Assembly (NCBI GenBank): GCA_051362555.1
Contig: CM120640.1
Location: 39,534,788-39,598,787, forward strand
Source: Lingula anatina
Taxonomy: Eukaryota > Animalia > Brachiopoda
Length of the DNA stretch: 64,000 nt
Direction of reading: 5' to 3'
Of this stretch, positions 15,001 to 28,273 are shown one piece after another (positions within the stretch are counted from its first letter, which is position 1; every line of letters begins with the position of its first letter). The notes beneath the pieces were generated by a model. It did no database searches, was not told the origin of the DNA, and worked only from the letters and a program-made list of their open reading frames with translations. A program made the position numbers and the translations under genes.

Positions 15001-15533
15001 ATGGCAGCCAAAATTGCAGCATTGGTGGTTTTGTTAGCTGTGACATTGGTGTACATATTAAAACCAGAGCTCATTTTCATGGACGAAGTTATATTCTTAG
15101 ATTTGCTCAGGTAATATCTAGTTTAATCTCTCTTCGACTTTTCCCTTCTTTTATACATGGTGTTGCCATAACAGTATTCATAATAATCATACTTCAGCAC
15201 TAAAATTAATATTTAAAAATATTATTTTAAGTTTTAAAAAATAGCATGATTGGATTCCACGCCCCACAAAATTGCCAGTCATTTATATTAGTAAAATCAT
15301 TTATTCAAAATTACAGATACATGTAGGAGGTTCAACCTTGCTTGTTGAATTACCCTGAAAGAATTAGACTAAATAAAATAAAAATAAACAACTAAGAGGA
15401 CCTGTTTTTTTATTTCTGTTAGGCAGCAAGAATAATGTTCATGAATTTTGTTTTCAGTACTCATCCTGTCATTGGTGGTGTGGCACTCTTGACACTTATC
15501 TGCTTGGCTTTGGTACTATTTTTTTGGAAGTAG
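15001..15533 (+). CDS. Candidate 61-aa two-transmembrane microprotein (spliced)
   Basis: Good start context AAACATGG. Exon 15001-15110 (CAG|GTAATA) joined to exon 15458-15533 (ttttcag|) gives MAAKIAALVVLLAVTLVYILKPELIFMDEVIFLDLLSTHPVIGGVALLTLICLALVLFFWK*. A probable 3'UTR intron lies at 15570-15892. Confidence 0.6.
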
Positions 15534-17330
15534 AAAATGGCCAGCTTGATTGACTTATCCAATGGAAAGGTACTAATTGGTATTGATTGCTGTAAATTGA
15601 GAATACTGGGGAGATGGGTGCCATGGGGATGGGGACACCCACTCCCCTTTGCAAAATCCTGAACATGTCCAATTTTTCATGCAAGCTCTGTAAACTACAG
15701 TGGATGTATTTGTATATCATTATTTTATTTATAAGATTTGATGGAGTGCTATCTGAAAACAAATAGCAGCTAGTATAGTGTAAAGAAATTCAAAATGAGA
15801 TACATTTAGATTTAAGGCATTTACAGACTAATGTGTCACTGTTTGGAAAATAATTGGTTTTCTAAATTTAATTGCTGATTATGTAATTTCAGGGCATGCT
15901 GACTTGTACACCGACTTGAAGTATGAGTAACCTGAATCCAAGATGACCACACCAGCCAGTAAATTCTCTTAAAATATTCAGTGCATGTTGGGAAAATATT
16001 ATCTTGTAAGATGTCGTCACTTCTCAGAGGGACCTCACTGTGCCTGAACTGAATTAAGTTTTACACATGGATTCATAATGTGTGTATGTGGTATGTGTTT
16101 ATGCTGCAGGATGCATTATCTTTTTGGGTTGTACACTTACCAAAGCTTAGATTCCTTTTAGTAATTGAAGATTTTTTAAGTGTTTGCCCTTATGCAATCC
16201 AGGCATTTACTACATTTGTCTTTCATTCTAAGGTTGTTAAATATTTTCATCTCCATCACCTGAATAATGTTTTTTTTTTTTTTTTGTTACTAGTTTGTTT
16301 GTTATATTTCAGTTTGATATATGTAAATCCAAACTACCTGTCAGCACATCATCCTTAATATATCCTGAATCATTAGAAAAAAACTTTTAAAAAGAATTTT
16401 ACTGGATACTGGATATATTAATGTGTTAGTTAAGGAAGAAAATGTGTGTGTGAGCAGAATTAAAAACACCCAATAATTATGGAATTTAATGTCAGTATTT
16501 AGCAATTTATTAGAAAAAAACTTATTGGACTGATAAAAATTACATTTCTTTAGAAGTTAAAAATACTTTTAAATATTCTAAATACATACATTATTCATAT
16601 GAAGGAACAGTAGCATGTTTAATAACATTATGAAATACAAAAAGAAAAAAAATCATTAAACATAGACACACTGGGTATATTGCTACCATAGCACACTAAT
16701 AAGGTTGTCAGATCAGCTAATATATTTTTTAAAAATATTGAAAGAAGACGCAGATGTTGAAAGAAAATACAACATGCCTGGGTTCCCTACATGGCAAGAA
16801 AACGCACTCCAGGTGTAAATGTTGAGCTACAACAGAGAATGGTGGGATAAACTATTAATAAAACGATAAATTAAAAGTAAATGGCATTGGTACAATTTTG
16901 GCGCATTGCTAGACAGTAGGGTGCACGTGTTAGTATAACACATTTAGATCAAAAACAAATATATCAGGGACTTAATTTGAAACATTTTACTGATAATAAG
17001 AATGTTTCGTTGCATTAGAAAATATACACTTGCCCTAACAAGTTTGTTGCCTCAGCAGGTTTGCCATTTATGTGTTGATTTTATTAACTTTGATACATTA
17101 TGTCACGAGGAAGAGATTCAAAACATTCAGCAGCGATGTGCCCCCGCCATTCCTCCCTTCAGTTTCAGACACCGTAAATTATTGACTATAGTGCGGTGCA
17201 TTTACTGTTCTTTAGGAAGAGCATTCCTCGTGGCCTGCCCTCTGGAACCGCTTGTAGCGATGCCTACGTTATCTGCTAAACCGTCTTCCGCAGGTATTCG
17301 CTATCAGATAAAAGAGCCCGCTGCAAACAT

Positions 17331-18201
17331 TCAGGACGGTGTGGCCTGGTCAGTCTTACAGCTGTTGATGCGGCACCTTGGACACAGGATCTGAGACGGA
17401 CGCCGCGGGTCTAATTCCTCGCGTTTCCGCAAGAAATTCGCACACCTGAAGCGAGGATGGAAATGATTTGAGAGCGAATAATCCTAACCGACGTGCATGT
17501 CGAAAATTAGTTTTCGCCTGTGACCTTTCGGTAAAGTAGTGTATTGCAACAACGCGTATGGCGAAACCAAAGAATCTTACCAACTTCACATTTTACATGC
17601 CTTCTGCATTGTCAAAATCGTTTCCTTTTAGATGCTGATATTTTTAGCGACCGTGTATGACTATGCAATCACTTAAACATGGAAATATGTAAACACGGGC
17701 CAACAGACAGCAAGTTTTGCGATTAACTTATGTAGATAAGCGTAGTTATTTGCGTTTCAGTCTGTGCGTAATTGATACAAAGAGCCCCAATACAAAAGAG
17801 ATTATTTAAAACATTTACTTTAAAGAGGCAATATTGCGCGTTGCACATTCCCGTGAAAGCTTTGTGCCAAAATCAGAATCAAATTCTATCAAATGTAACC
17901 TTGTAATACATGATACCATATGTAACTTACTTTGCATGAAAAAGGTGGTTGCATAACAGTGTATCCAGCGGTTCCGGCACGATGCCCATCATCTTTTCAC
18001 ACACTTCGCACCTCACCTCTAGCTCGTCTATCATCGGTGTATAGCATAACTTTTCCTGGTAGGCGGCGTCGAAATCTCCCTGCTGTTCGTATATTCCTTC
18101 CAAAACTCGATGGATGTGGTAAACCTGATACTGCATTGAAAACAGAGATCATTATGTACTAGCTAGTACCATTGATGTGACGTTGAAAAGTCCTTTACTC
18201 T

Positions 18202-18285
<84 letters not shown>

Positions 18286-21200
18286 GATTGCCCCTTTCCC
18301 TATTATTCATAATTCATACACTGTTTGTGTTGTAAATGTCTGTTCGTAAAATAATGATCGAACCATAAATGTTGAAGTGTATACAATGTATTTTGGTCGC
18401 GAGTCTCACCTTGCACCTTAAAGCTTGAGCCATCTCTAATGCTTTTCCGTACAACTCTAGAGACTGAAAATAAACAATACCAATTATACATTAGAATGCT
18501 ATTGACGACTCAAGAGAGAAACAGAAAGAGAGTCAAATATATTGCATTATGAACGTGTCAAAATGCTAATCAATTCAATGATCTACACATGCCATACAAT
18601 GTCCAACGAACGTTAAACAGTGACGGGTTCAAGATATATAATCTAATATTAACTGTAGCCTACACTTAAGCGACTGTGGTCTCTCTAGAATGCCCTCCCT
18701 CCCCCCTGTACAAGGATGGTTGGGGGATGTAAATGGAAAGGGATCGTGTAGGGCATGTTCTATGATCCACTATGCGATCAGTTTTCACTGGTACCTTTTT
18801 GACATTATTGCCCAGCATCATGGCGTCTGCCCTGCCGATGAGGACCTCCATCTGCCCATAGCGGTCCCCGGTCTCTACCATTATGTTCAGGGCAGCTTCG
18901 TAACGGGGATACGCTTTCTGCAAACATAATACAAAAAAACTATATACAGTTACTGTAGTTATGAGGTTGCTCAAACTGTTTGTATTGCGTGTGCTCTCTG
19001 TGTTATGGTTAATTTGCCGTTAGTACAGTTTGTTTCATATGCACCTTTTTATCAAGTTGGCAAGTTGGCGTTTAACCTTTTACAAGGCAGAATCTGGAAA
19101 AGGTTAGCTACAAAAGGCTAAGTGGTATAAACTGTACACAAGGCTGGCTGTTACAAATGATCTTGACCGAACATGTTTTCTTCCTGGTTACAGACGTGGT
19201 TATTTGGGTACACGTTAGGGATAACCAATGTCCTGGGAATATATACACTTCAAGCTTCAAGGCTTGGTTGTATTAGGCCTTTAAGGGCGTCTTTAAGTAT
19301 TAAAGAATGTGTTCCTTGTACGTTTTCAGAGACCCACATTGGAAGTGCTGTTTTGATACGGGCACGAGGTAGCACCTATACCATAGGGTTTTTATGTGGG
19401 CAATGCCGCACACTTCCGATATTGATCGTGCAAGTTGGTACCCTCCTGCCGTGAAATGTATTCATGGCACAGGCTCGCAGCTTCTTTCAGTTCTGAAATG
19501 GCTTGTTGAAAGTGGCAAATTGCTTTCGTGTTCACTACATGGGCTCCCATTTCTCACGTCTCCTCGGCTGGTAACCATGTTATATTAGGATATATAGCTT
19601 TGATGAAGAGCTTGGGCTTAAGAATTTCCTTGAAACACACAAATTGATTTTTAAGGAGAGGGTGTCTTCTTTTTTTATTAATATTGTAATTCTTTATTGT
19701 AAGGCCCCATTTATGCCCAAAATAAAATATAATGGAATCTTCTTATATATATTATTGTCTTTTTTTGTCTAAATTTAAGATGGATTAGTTACTTTTGTTT
19801 TTCAGTTCACCGCAGATCTTCTCAGGGCGACGGTAACAAATTTGGGGTGTGTGTATGGGGTGATGACAAGATATTTTCACAGCATGTGTGTTTTTTAGTT
19901 ATTGGTATTTTGATATCCTTTTATTCACTTGCTTGTGTATATATTTTGGCAAACACGTGCACATATTAAGATATTTTGAAAGGTAATTCCAGTTTTATGA
20001 TAATAATTTTTTAGTCATCTGTCACTGCACCCAGACTGCATTAATTTACTCTTAACCTACCTCAAAGTCATGTAATTTCTTGTGAATTTCTGCAAAGCTG
20101 TGCAAACATTTTGCTTGAACGGGTCTATCGTTCTTCTCCATAGCTGACTTCAAGGCATCCTGGAAATATGGATAAAATGAGTGAAGTTAAGATAACAGAG
20201 ATTGTTATTGATAGCAACTAGGAAAATGTTGGCTCCTATCAAGTTGATTCGAGAAGTCAAGTACATTATCACTTGGGCAGATAATAGGAGATACAACGAT
20301 ACATAGTAATGGAAATGCAAAGTTTGAATGTAGGTTTTAGTACAAATCGTGTTGATGTTTAATAAATTGACCTTTTTACAGAGCCAAAACGGCGGATAAC
20401 AAAATAGTCTGCGCACAAGGAGAGATACTTCCATAATTGCGTCGAGGGAACCCACTGATCAATTTGATCATGCTTTAAATGCTATCGCCTTAGACTATCA
20501 ACGAAAAGGTTGTATGGGCACCACCAATGTTGATATTTTGAGAAAAATAACTGCGATGTTCTGCAGGCGATGACATTGACAAAATACATGCTTATTCCGT
20601 GATTTCCAGCCAGATCCATTTAGAGATCTTTGTTGACTCTATCTTTGGAATATATATTTTAAGTCGCTACCAAAACGTCACCAATACCGATTTAAAATAA
20701 ACTTTAATATGTCTTTTTGCGTCCTGGCAAATTTCCTATCAGGAAATTTGGTTTTCAATAAGAGCAAATTAACACTGATAGAGAGTTATTTGTTCATGAA
20801 CGTTCGAAAACATTAACATTGAAAGAGGGTTTGTTGTTCATGAACGCACGACAAGGTAGAACCTAACGTAGGAGGGAAGTGGAATACTCATTCCCACGGC
20901 ATTGTTACACAAAAAATTACTTTATATCCCTAAGGCTATTTGTCTTTCATTACAGCTATCAATCCATCAAATGTCATCATAACTGCCTATTATTTCCGCA
21001 GCCAATAATAAAACGACCTCAACTTTCTATTTCAAATGGGAAAATCGATGTTTAACTTTGTCCGTGTAAGTTTAGAAACAGTTTTACGTTTCCTGGCAAG
21101 TGTTTGTGAGTTGGCAGTCGATCCCATAATAAGTTTGACAAATCGTCTACCATCAGACGCAAGTTTAGCACCAAGGCACGTCCTGCGTTCCTCGCTTTGT

Positions 21201-24200
21201 CTGTGTATCTAGATTTAATTAAAAACTTAGGATGAATTTTCATTAACTTGTAATCTCCAATAGGGCTTTTTTTAACAGGCATGTTTTCATGAAGTGTTCC
21301 ATTCCTAACAAGGTTTAGCATTCTCTGAGGATTCACCAAGTAAAGGCGTCACACAAACAACTCATTTAAAAGTAGATTAAACAAAGTTTTCCCCTGACGT
21401 CAAAATAACCAAACTAAGGCATCCATCAGGACTTGAAAAAAAGAACACTTCAATCTTTTTTCTCCCAGGGAGATGCGTTTGCTGAATGTCGGAAATTAAT
21501 TATTTTATTCCCTTTGCATTTCCCTTTGTTTTCGATCGATCCACGTTCTGATAGTGCCTATAAAGAAATGATCGGCTTGCAAAACTCACGTTGGGCCGAC
21601 GTTACCAATGCCTTAGCGACTAACGGAAAACTGCCAACAAACTACCAGGGGGGATAACAAAACCACCATATGATTTCCATTGGCTTTATTAGATTCAGAG
21701 TCTCTGTTGGAAGGCAAATTGATTTTAATGATAATTTTTCCCGAATTATTCTTCGATTTACAAGTTTTTTTGGCGTAAATTAATAGACGGAATGTTTTTG
21801 CTTCTGGCTGTTCTTCGGCAATATATTTGTCCGTCATTTTTGCTCCCTCCCTCTTCCATACACAATAGATTTCATATCAAGTTGGTTACATTTGAAATTT
21901 CGGCTATTCACAAACACGATTATTGGTTCAACTAAGATGATGGCTGAATACTCCTGAGCTGTTGTCAAGTTAGTCATGTAGTATCGCTAACGATAAAAAA
22001 CACCGTCTGATGTCCGACTGTCCATCTGCCTAGTCGTCGTCCCGGATTTTACCTCTACAATAGGTAAATATGTCTGAATTGGAATATTATCAGTTCTAAA
22101 GCCGATTTTTTTTTATTCAAATTGAACTCTTATGGTACCATTAAAACGTAGAGCTTTTACACAACAGCTGGCACAAAAACGAACGTATACTCAAAACACA
22201 ACAACTGAACGGAAATGGGTGGTGTTGGGGCACCTCTCACAACCTGTGGTCAACATTGCGTTGTCTTGTAAACCACTTATACCACTTAAAAGTTAGGTTA
22301 AACAAACTATTGGAGGGAGCTGAATTTGAAAAGCACGAAGCAGCACTGCTGACCCTAGTTATCTTTAATTTAGATCGCACAAAGGTCTGGTTGCCGTATC
22401 CTTGTCGAAAACATTCAATTACTTTTTTGATTTCCACCTCCTTCACGTTCCAATGGCAGAAGGCAACCAACAGAGGAGCCGTTTCTCCAGGCGATTAAAA
22501 CCTGCGTGTTACTGGCGGTGTAAGGCAAATATTTTCCAATGATCACATATGTACAGAGTACTGATACTCAAGTTCACGTTACCAGCATAAACAAAACTTT
22601 GGCTCTGGTGCTAAAAGGAAAATGAATTTGTTGCCAAGTGTATTCTATCTTTAGTGGTAATGAGATCGAATTGGTTGTCAGTCGAGGGTCGTAACAGTTC
22701 AAACAGAAAGGTGACTTGGTTATCGCTAACAAGCGTGTATCCTGGAAATATGATAATTTGATTTACGTGGCTGTAGAGGTGTTGATGAATGTACAAAAGG
22801 CGCATGATGACAAAAGGCCATTTCTCAAGCTGTGATCTTTATGTTTGACACGGGAACTATAATAGGAAAAGTTCAACCTAAAAAGATGGTTGCGATGTTT
22901 TGGTGAAGATGGGAGATTTTGGCGATTTTAGATATATCAAAAGTAACGAAGTACACAGACATGTTCTCATCCACATACCTTCATACATGTAATCAAGCTG
23001 AAGACCATCGATACCCTTGTTCAGAGACTTGGGATGCTATGAGAATTTTCGCTTATAAGGAAATCAAAAACATGTTCATCATCTAAAAGAAGGTTATTGA
23101 TCATATACCAGTGCAGACACAAAAAACGTCTTATGCAGACACTAGTACTAGTGATATATATATGCTGTATTAGCGGCTGATGTGGCCGATTTATTTCTTT
23201 TTCAATAGTTCCTCGGCGCAATTTTTGCGGTGGAACGTTGCCTCAAATAAAGCCATTGGTTTGGGGTTGTGCATTTTTATCGTCCATTGGCTTAACTTGC
23301 AGTATATGCTTGCTTTACGGCTCAGCAGAAACGATTGAAAGAAGAAATTGAAAGAAAGAAAAAATAAAAGGCCCTCTGGAATTTATTCACAAAACATATA
23401 CTGGTGAAGATTACAGCTGGCAACAGCAGTTTGTCCCCCCCCCCCCCCCTTTCTCCCACCTATGGTATCCTTTAGACGAAGTTTTATCGGCATTTTTCAT
23501 AATTCACACCTGGAACCAATGTAACGTTTTATCACACAGCGGCGGCATTTCAGAAAAAGATATATGCGCATATCTGACATGCTTTTATACTATCTCCTCA
23601 AGATGTTGCTTAAAGCCAATTTTCTGAAAGAGAGAGAAACGCAGTTTGCGTCCTTTTGTTAATAAAGAGATATGGTAGCTCGAAACCATGGGTTTGTCTA
23701 GATATTTAAAAATCTAATACTTAAGTTGTCATAACCTATTTCAATATCAACGCCCAACAGAGATCAACGTCAAACTCCATAAGCACATGGAAATAAAAAA
23801 GAGAAAACCAACGAAATTATTAAGCCCATAGGCAATTCCTCTGCAACTTAAGATAATAATGATGCATATGATTGGCAATATTTTCTCTTGATTTTTGTTA
23901 GCCAGATTGACAAATATATATCAAATGTCTTTACGTTTACGTAATTTTGTTCTGACGTGTTTTTTATAAATCGAATCAGCATGCGTCTAACATAATGAAA
24001 GGAAATTCGGAATTCGCAATACTCGGCTATTTATTTCTTCTATGACTCAATCCATTCTATGTTTAGGAGGTTTTGACTCAAGACTCAAATATGACGCAAG
24101 GGAAATTAACTTCATCCTTTTGCCAAAAGGTGTCGATCTTGAAAGAAGCGTGTGCGGTTCACAGAATAGAACGTCGTAAACATCGATGGAAATCGAAAAC

Positions 24201-24802
24201 AATGCAATGGTTTGATTGGCATCCATTCGGTTTGATTAAACAGTTGGATATTAGTCTTCCATCATTTAATGCAAAGGACACTTTAAGTAAGTGACCCCAG
24301 ACTCTCAGGGGATTCAAACGTCAATTTGACGCCACTAATACTCGCTCTTATGTTACTGTATTCGCCAGAAGTGGCACAATGTCAAAGTGAAAGCATCCAT
24401 TTCAGCCAATCAAAGACGCCAAAGAGACAGTGTTTCACAATTAATGCAGATCTGTGGAGATGATTCGCTCTCTAATAAGATAACAATGATAACGGTGCTT
24501 TAGTCTGGTCCGAGGACTTTTATCTAGTCTGGTCGTTGACGTCTTAGAGTTGATATCGGCATCCAATTTACTACATTTCCAAAACTTCGCTAATCGACTT
24601 GTTTTTCCTGCCAAATTTGGGCAATTTCTTTCTACCGTAGATTGCACAGACAGCAATGTTTTTTTCATTAATTGCCAGCTGTACTAAGACTACGGAATAT
24701 AACAAATAAATCCCTATGCTTTCAGATAGGACACATTATATTCATTTTACATCTGTAAATCTGTCACTTATCTAATAACTTTAATGTTTTAAGGGCACCA
24801 AG

Positions 24803-24871
<69 letters not shown>

Positions 24872-27800
24872 TGTGCGTGTGTGTGTGACCAAGCGTGGCA
24901 ACCATAGCCGCAGTCTGTTCCGCTTCCCGCTTTCAGGTACACCCAACAGGTGCATCATGGGGATCAATCATCTCTAGCCCCAGGTGTCAAAGTGATAACG
25001 TTCTTTGCGCATCATGCTTCAAGACTTAAGTCTATGTACTCTCTATTTTTGTCTTTCCTTTTTTTCTTTTTTTTTCTTTCTTTATTAAAATCCTTATACC
25101 GTTTATTGTATTATGAGCTACTTTCGGCAAGCATTTTGCAATCAAGATGAAAATATACAGTTTGTCGTCAGTCATGTAATTCAGCAGATCGGTACATTGA
25201 TCTTAGATAATTACAGATTCCCGAAGTAAAGTTAACTTGTTCACGCTAGGAGTAATAAGAAGACACACACGCACATTTGATAAAACTGTGGCATCTGGAC
25301 AAATAGCCTCGTAAAAATAGCGACCATTTTCCCTTTTGCTGACTAATAATATTCACAAAGCAACTGGATTAAAGTTGTATTGGGGTACTTTGATCAGGTT
25401 AAAGCTTGATTGCGAGAGCATGGAAGGCCAGAAAGTAGATCAAAGTTTCCCTGTATATTTTGATTCGTGATCAAATAAACTTGGATAATTTTGAACCTGC
25501 GCATTTTCACTAATCGCCCGCTGCTAAAGCAATACATAAAGATAAACAGCCAACACGAAGATTATTGAAAACGAAACACGTGTGTCTTGGCATACCAGAG
25601 AAATGGGTATCACTTTGAAGTAGATATAGTTGATATCACCTGAAATAAATGCGAAACATGGCTCGCGGAGAAAACATCTAAATTTAGTTAACGAAGTCAA
25701 GGTGCATATTATAACTGAGGGGCGGGAGGCGAGATTTATTTGATCAAGTACAGTACTCATTTCTGTATCTGACAATCAAACGTTTTGATTTGGAAACCAG
25801 TAAGTACAATGTAGGTTCTACAAGTAAATATAACACATACTTATTACACAATGTTGTGTACAGGTGCATGTATTTTTTATTTCATGTTCTTTATTCACAC
25901 ATTTTGAAAGTCTAGTAAACAACACAAAGTATAAGAATATATACCCTTAGTACATATACATTATGCTTTCCCTGATCATTTTTCCGGAACCCAACTCTGG
26001 GAATGTTATGGTATATATCTCATGTGTATAAACTGTCTTCGCTGTTGGTTTATTCGAGAGGGGCGATTATATCTAAAACACATATGGTTTTGTGAATCTT
26101 ACTCGTACATATACATATATCTCAGTGAACAAGAGCCATAAAGCTTCTATAGAGAGCTGAAAATCATCAATATTTTGTATTGCCTAGTAAGACACCAAGC
26201 GTACTGCCCACCTAATATCATAATACTTTGAGCTGCTATTACGTAAAAAACATCAATCATGCGCTTATTTAATATTTAACACCTGGTGGATTGGATTACT
26301 CCGTTACGAATTTCATTCTGCAGTGGTACCGAAAAGCACGCTCCTCAAATGTGTGTATTATTAAGTTGGAATATCTTATTTGTAGGAATTAGGAGGGAAT
26401 ACGGGACATACCTATTTGAATAATGTGAGAAATGGGTCGGGCATTCTGCCAGCGACCGAAATTTGACAAGGGAAATTTGTTCTATTGGAACGCGTTATGT
26501 GCATATATAACCGACATATACCAAAAATTATGTCACTTTTTCATCCTGCCGCGTTTCAGACGTCCCATTACGTCCAAAAGATAGCAAGCTTCTGTGATCT
26601 TTCCCTTCCGCGTGGCTACTGGACGGAACGCAACAGGTGCGGGCGCCTAATAAACAACGCACATGCCTACTTGAAATAAACTTACCTAGCAAATATCAGC
26701 ATGGAAAAAAGAGCAGGTTTATTTATTTTATGTAATCTACCCGGAATTTGAGAATCAATGTCACTACTGGACGTATACATTCAGTTACTAATATAAGTCT
26801 ATTAACCCACAACCCCTGTATAAATTACAGTAGGATATTTTGATTGAGTGGTTTAAGATGATATATGAAAATCAACGAAATGTCAAAGAAAACAATCATA
26901 TATTGTAGGTTGCCTATAGAAGGAGGATGGGCATTGTAAAGTAAATTCCCGCTCAGTTATAACCAAACAAAAAGTGATAGTCTCCAGAGGAACGAAGAAA
27001 GTGAATAAATTGTTCTTAAGACGCCTTCGTAGCACTTATGAGAAAGAAAAAAATCGATAATAGGAAAAGTATTGTGTAGTACTTTAAGTCAGTATTAAAT
27101 AGTGCTCTAAATATAAGGTTCTGATAAAAACATGTTTCGGGTTCAACATGTGCACGAGAAGACAAATGTTTTGACTTGAAGTGGACAGGAGTTGGGGAAC
27201 GTGCACTTCCACTTATCTCAAGGCCTATTCGCGTTACTATTGAACAGAAAACAATGACTATCATTATCTTTCCATTACAATACGTGCATATTCACCACGG
27301 GTCGATAAAAACTAATCTTTATCCTAATTACGAGCAAAGCATCCGAGTTCTCAGTGGTTGAAAGCTGCGATTATTGTGAAGATAAAAAGAACATGCGTGA
27401 TATCTGAATATCTAATAACGTTGATATTAGTATTACGGTCGAGCGATGAAAGGTGTTTCGAGCGAGAGTAATCAAGTCGTTTATGACGTCGACGTCGGAA
27501 GATGCTAGGTTTTTATTAAGTTAACCTTTAAACCCATTTAAGTGATGGCAGATTTTTGTCTGAAAAGAGAAATTCCGATACCTTACCTCGCATTTTTCCA
27601 TTGCCTCATTGTAATGGCCCAACTCACGGTAAGGAATGGACAGATGAACAGAGGTTAAGCGTAGGTATTTCTGAACCAAGTCAGGAACCTCGATGCTGAC
27701 AGAGAGCTCTTTGCATTTGTCCAAAAATTGCACAGCTTTGTTATAATCTTTCAGAGTCGTGAAGAACCTCGCTACGCTGAAATATGTCTCTATTCGTAGC

Positions 27801-28273
27801 ACGATGTCGCCGTGCTCGTTTGCGACTCTGAGGGCATTGTCCAGATTTTCTAGACACTTGCTGAAGTTGCTAAAACCGAAGTAGGCATTGCTCATGGTAA
27901 GGTACACATGCCCGTGAGTTCGTGGATCTTTTGCTTGGTTCTGAAGGCTATGCCGAGCATACGACACTGCTTTGTGATATTCGCCAATACGTTCGTTGCC
28001 TCTAGCCAAGTTCAGATATGCCTCGGCACGCATGTAAGTGTTTTCACGCTCATTTGCTATGTCTATCTGTTGTATAGCATATACCAACATGTCCCTGTAC
28101 TTGCCCAAGTCACTGGAAGCGTTAGCAAGATGCCCAAGAGTCTGGAACTTAAGCTGACAGTTCGAGGTCTTTCTTAGAACGTGGTTCCATTTCTTGACCG
28201 CCTCCTCGTGATCCTGTGCGTTGTACAGCTTCACCGCCTCGTTGATTTCCTGCTTAACAATTCTTTGGCCCAT
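17331..28273 (-). CDS. RAPSN: Rapsyn, 43 kDa acetylcholine receptor-associated protein of the synapse
   Basis: Exons 28273-27587, 20159-20061, 18917-18795, 18463-18410, 18130-17931 and 17445-17331. N-terminal MGQ myristoylation start, TPR repeats (GKYRDML, EAYLNLARGNE), and a C-terminal RING-H2 (CEVC...CNHLFHAKC...CPRC). Confidence 0.95.
18205..18284. repeat. (AC)n microsatellite followed by poly-A in a rapsyn intron
   Basis: About 19 AC units followed by about 42 A. Confidence 0.95.
24806..24887. repeat. Compound (CT)n(GT)n microsatellite
   Basis: Seen directly in rapsyn intron 1. Confidence 0.95.

Noticed and set aside
19000-19620. GC-richer island with short ORFs in a rapsyn intron
   Set aside because: The frames I translated are interrupted or motif-less; no terminal repeats were found.
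21052-22498. ORFs of 74-95 aa in rapsyn intron 1
   Set aside because: No recognisable domains or splice-consistent structure; expected by chance.
25981-26750. N-box (CCGGAA) sites in rapsyn intron 1
   Set aside because: Isolated 6-mers expected by chance, with no conservation evidence.
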